This document shows, piece by piece, positions 61,995-64,000 of a stretch of DNA of 64,000 nt. Position 1 is the stretch's first letter. Every line of letters begins with the position of its first letter. The position numbers and the translations under genes are program-made. The notes beneath the pieces were generated by a model. That model was not told where the DNA came from. It was given only the letters and a program-made list of their open reading frames with translations, and ran no database searches. The stretch comes from Tubulanus polymorphus (taxonomy: Eukaryota; Animalia; Nemertea), in NCBI RefSeq assembly GCF_964204645.1, contig NC_134026.1, positions 12,175,950 to 12,239,949 on the forward strand, written 5' to 3'.

Positions 61995-62750
61995 TTACTC
62001 TTTACATCTTATAACTAATTCATAAATTACAGGAAAGTTATTCAAATCAATTAAGTATCCATTATGATTTCTTATTTCTAATTTAAAATTATTAAATTTA
62101 GGAATGCAAGGTTTAAAATCACATTCTGTTAAATTATAATTTATTTGAGTTCCAAATTGTTTAACATTTTTTAGTGGTAAAATATTTAGTATACTAGAAC
62201 TACAAATTGTTTCTTTAGTTGCTTCGAAAGTTTTTGTAGGCTCGATTAAATTGCAATAAATATAAAAGTGTGTAAAAGGTATTATATTTGAGCTGCCTTC
62301 TGCGTTTCCAGTAACTGTAAGCGGTTTAATTCCTAACATTTTAGCCAGTGATTTGTTTACCATAAATTTATGTTGTTCATTAGATATCTTTATTCTTATT
62401 TTATTAGTACTATCAATTTTATTAAATTTAATTTCAAATACAGAAGTGCCCCCGATTTTCAACCGAGCTCTTCTATTAATTTCCTGCGCTAATGATTCTA
62501 AATTATATAATCCTGGTTTTAAAAATATATGAAACCATTTATCTTTATTTCTCATATAAATCATAAACCCTCTATGTTCAAAAGTTTTATCTGATATATT
62601 ATAAAAAGAATTACATAAACTTATATTTACTAATTTTAAATCTACACAATTCTTAAATTCTCTATCTAATTGAACTAGTAAATTATGAGATTTATAATTT
62701 GTAAGCCTTCTAGAATCTACAAATATTCTGTATTCTTTTAATTCTACCAT
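61995..62750 (-). CDS. Probable minor capsid protein (penton, single jelly roll)
   Basis: 251 aa; IFVDSR, LVNISLCNSFYNIS, PGLYN, FYIYCNLI and LEIRNHNGYLIDLNN. Confidence 0.78.
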   Translation of the reverse strand: MVELKEYRIFVDSRRLTNYKSHNLLVQLDREFKNCVDLKLVNISLCNSFYNISDKTFEHRGFMIYMRNKDKWFHIFLKPGLYNLESLAQEINRRARLKIGGTSVFEIKFNKIDSTNKIRIKISNEQHKFMVNKSLAKMLGIKPLTVTGNAEGSSNIIPFTHFYIYCNLIEPTKTFEATKETICSSSILNILPLKNVKQFGTQINYNLTECDFKPCIPKFNNFKLEIRNHNGYLIDLNNFPVIYELVIRCKE

Positions 62751-62767
62751 TTATTTTACATATTTTC

Positions 62768-63109
62768 TTATTCGAAATCTATTTCATGGTGCCCTTTTTC
62801 ATTCTTACTTTTGTATACGAAATAGAAATCACCAGAACATAATTCTTCTAGATCTTCACTTGATAATCTATGAAATCTATCTGGTAAATATGTTCTGAAT
62901 TTATATGTATTTCCTTTTAATCCTTCATATTCTAAATGAATTACTAATTTATCTCCATATTTATTAGTAATTGTTTCAATGTTAGTAATTAAATATTTCT
63001 TGTGAATTGTTAACTCAGTTAGTTTTTTAAATTTATAATCTACAGATTTTACATTTGTGGTATCTTTAATTCTATCTAAGAATTCGCTGTGTACTTGTTT
63101 ACTCTCCAT
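62768..63109 (-). CDS. Small protein next to PolB, possibly an OB-fold ssDNA-binding protein
   Basis: KKLTEL..KKYLIT....TNKYGDKLVIHL...YLPDRF. The fold is inferred. Confidence 0.5.
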   Translation of the reverse strand: MESKQVHSEFLDRIKDTTNVKSVDYKFKKLTELTIHKKYLITNIETITNKYGDKLVIHLEYEGLKGNTYKFRTYLPDRFHRLSSEDLEELCSGDFYFVYKSKNEKGHHEIDFE

Positions 63110-63137
63110 TTATTATACAAATTTTTATTGAAATTTA

Positions 63138-64000
63138 TTAACACGCTAGAATCCTTTTCATAATCTCATTTTCTTTTGTTTCTTCTCTTTTGAATTTTAT
63201 ATATTCATCTAAATTGCAACCATAGGCGACTGTGTGGATTCCATCATCTAAAATATATCTTTTATCATCAAATGGGTTTAGACTTATCTTCTCTATCTCT
63301 TCAATATACATTTCATGATCTTCAGATCTTAAACATTTCATCTTATGTTTTCTAACTTCTTCATTAAATATACAATTGATGTAATCTTTAAAATGAATAT
63401 TCTTTTCAACAACGCTTTTGGTTATTCCTTTTAACTTTTTAGCTTCATGTTCTTTAGTTTTATATGAATACATTTTAGATCTAATACCAATGAACTCTAT
63501 CATTTCTTCACCGCCTAATTCATCCTTAAACTTCCCTGGAACTTTTTTATTATCATTGCTAAACAATTCATGATCTTTAGGATAGTTACTAAAATCAAAA
63601 TGATGTTTTAATGTTTTTAAATCATCTGTTATGTTATCAGTTTTTATCTTTAATATGAAACTGTCGGTATCAAAGTATAGAATTTCTATGTGTTTTTCTC
63701 CAAAATGAGGTTGTAGTATATTATAATAAAATTTATACATTAGGAATTTTGAAATTTCTAGAACTGCAGCACCAACATAAATAGGTTTATTGAACTTCAT
63801 TGAAGTTCTTTTCATTTTAACTGCTGCTAAATTTTCATCAAATATTCTGTTACCTATAAACTTAGGATATGATTGTAAATGCCTAATTCTTTTACCATTA
63901 CTGACTAACTCGATATCATTTCTATTTCTAATATTTTCACAAGTCTTACCATAGAATGCATTATTCATTAACTTAAAAAAATCTTTATCAAAATCAGTTT
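63138..64000 (-). CDS. polB: Protein-primed family B DNA polymerase, C-terminal part, intein-free allele
   Basis: KLMNNAFYGKT (motif B), YFDTDS (motif C), GKFKDE, RSKMY, KGI and DDKRY. Confidence 0.97.
   Translation of the reverse strand, partial: TDFDKDFFKLMNNAFYGKTCENIRNRNDIELVSNGKRIRHLQSYPKFIGNRIFDENLAAVKMKRTSMKFNKPIYVGAAVLEISKFLMYKFYYNILQPHFGEKHIEILYFDTDSFILKIKTDNITDDLKTLKHHFDFSNYPKDHELFSNDNKKVPGKFKDELGGEEMIEFIGIRSKMYSYKTKEHEAKKLKGITKSVVEKNIHFKDYINCIFNEEVRKHKMKCLRSEDHEMYIEEIEKISLNPFDDKRYILDDGIHTVAYGCNLDEYIKFKREETKENEIMKRILAC

Larger units (their letters stand above)
50206..64000. mobile_element. Best-preserved Polinton/Maverick (adintovirus-like) copy, running off the right edge
   Basis: 5'-AG terminus; integrase, ATPase, capsid-like genes and pPolB in two convergent gene blocks. 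Candidate left TSD CATCCT is unverified. Confidence 0.95.

Noticed and set aside
50206-64000. Free virus or bacterial contaminant
   Set aside because: It is joined to and interleaved with eukaryotic retroelements and decayed sister copies, consistent with an endogenous element.

Overview
This is AT-rich eukaryotic DNA, most likely from an invertebrate animal, and it is almost entirely nested mobile elements with no clear host gene. It holds at least four partial copies of one Polinton/Maverick (adintovirus-like) family. The best preserved copy runs from 50206 past the window end and encodes HNH, integrase-chromodomain, packaging ATPase, major and minor capsid and pPolB. Other elements are a full BEL/Pao LTR element (5-bp TSD) containing a Penelope fragment with hammerhead ribozymes, a DIRS1 element split by a 9-bp-TSD long-TIR element, an Ngaro-like fragment, a LINE, RAG1/Transib-like and IS3-like DDE pseudogenes, and Helentron-like repeats. 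The most notable observations concern the Polinton: (1) a giant-virus-type intein remnant at the YFD|TDS site of one pPolB copy, with the empty allele in the same window; (2) long fold-back hairpins at the termini whose pairing is conserved between two divergent copies; (3) two classes of TAAATG-anchored upstream motifs; and (4) an NCLDV-type HNH gene. All family assignments come from motif recognition by eye; no database searches were run.
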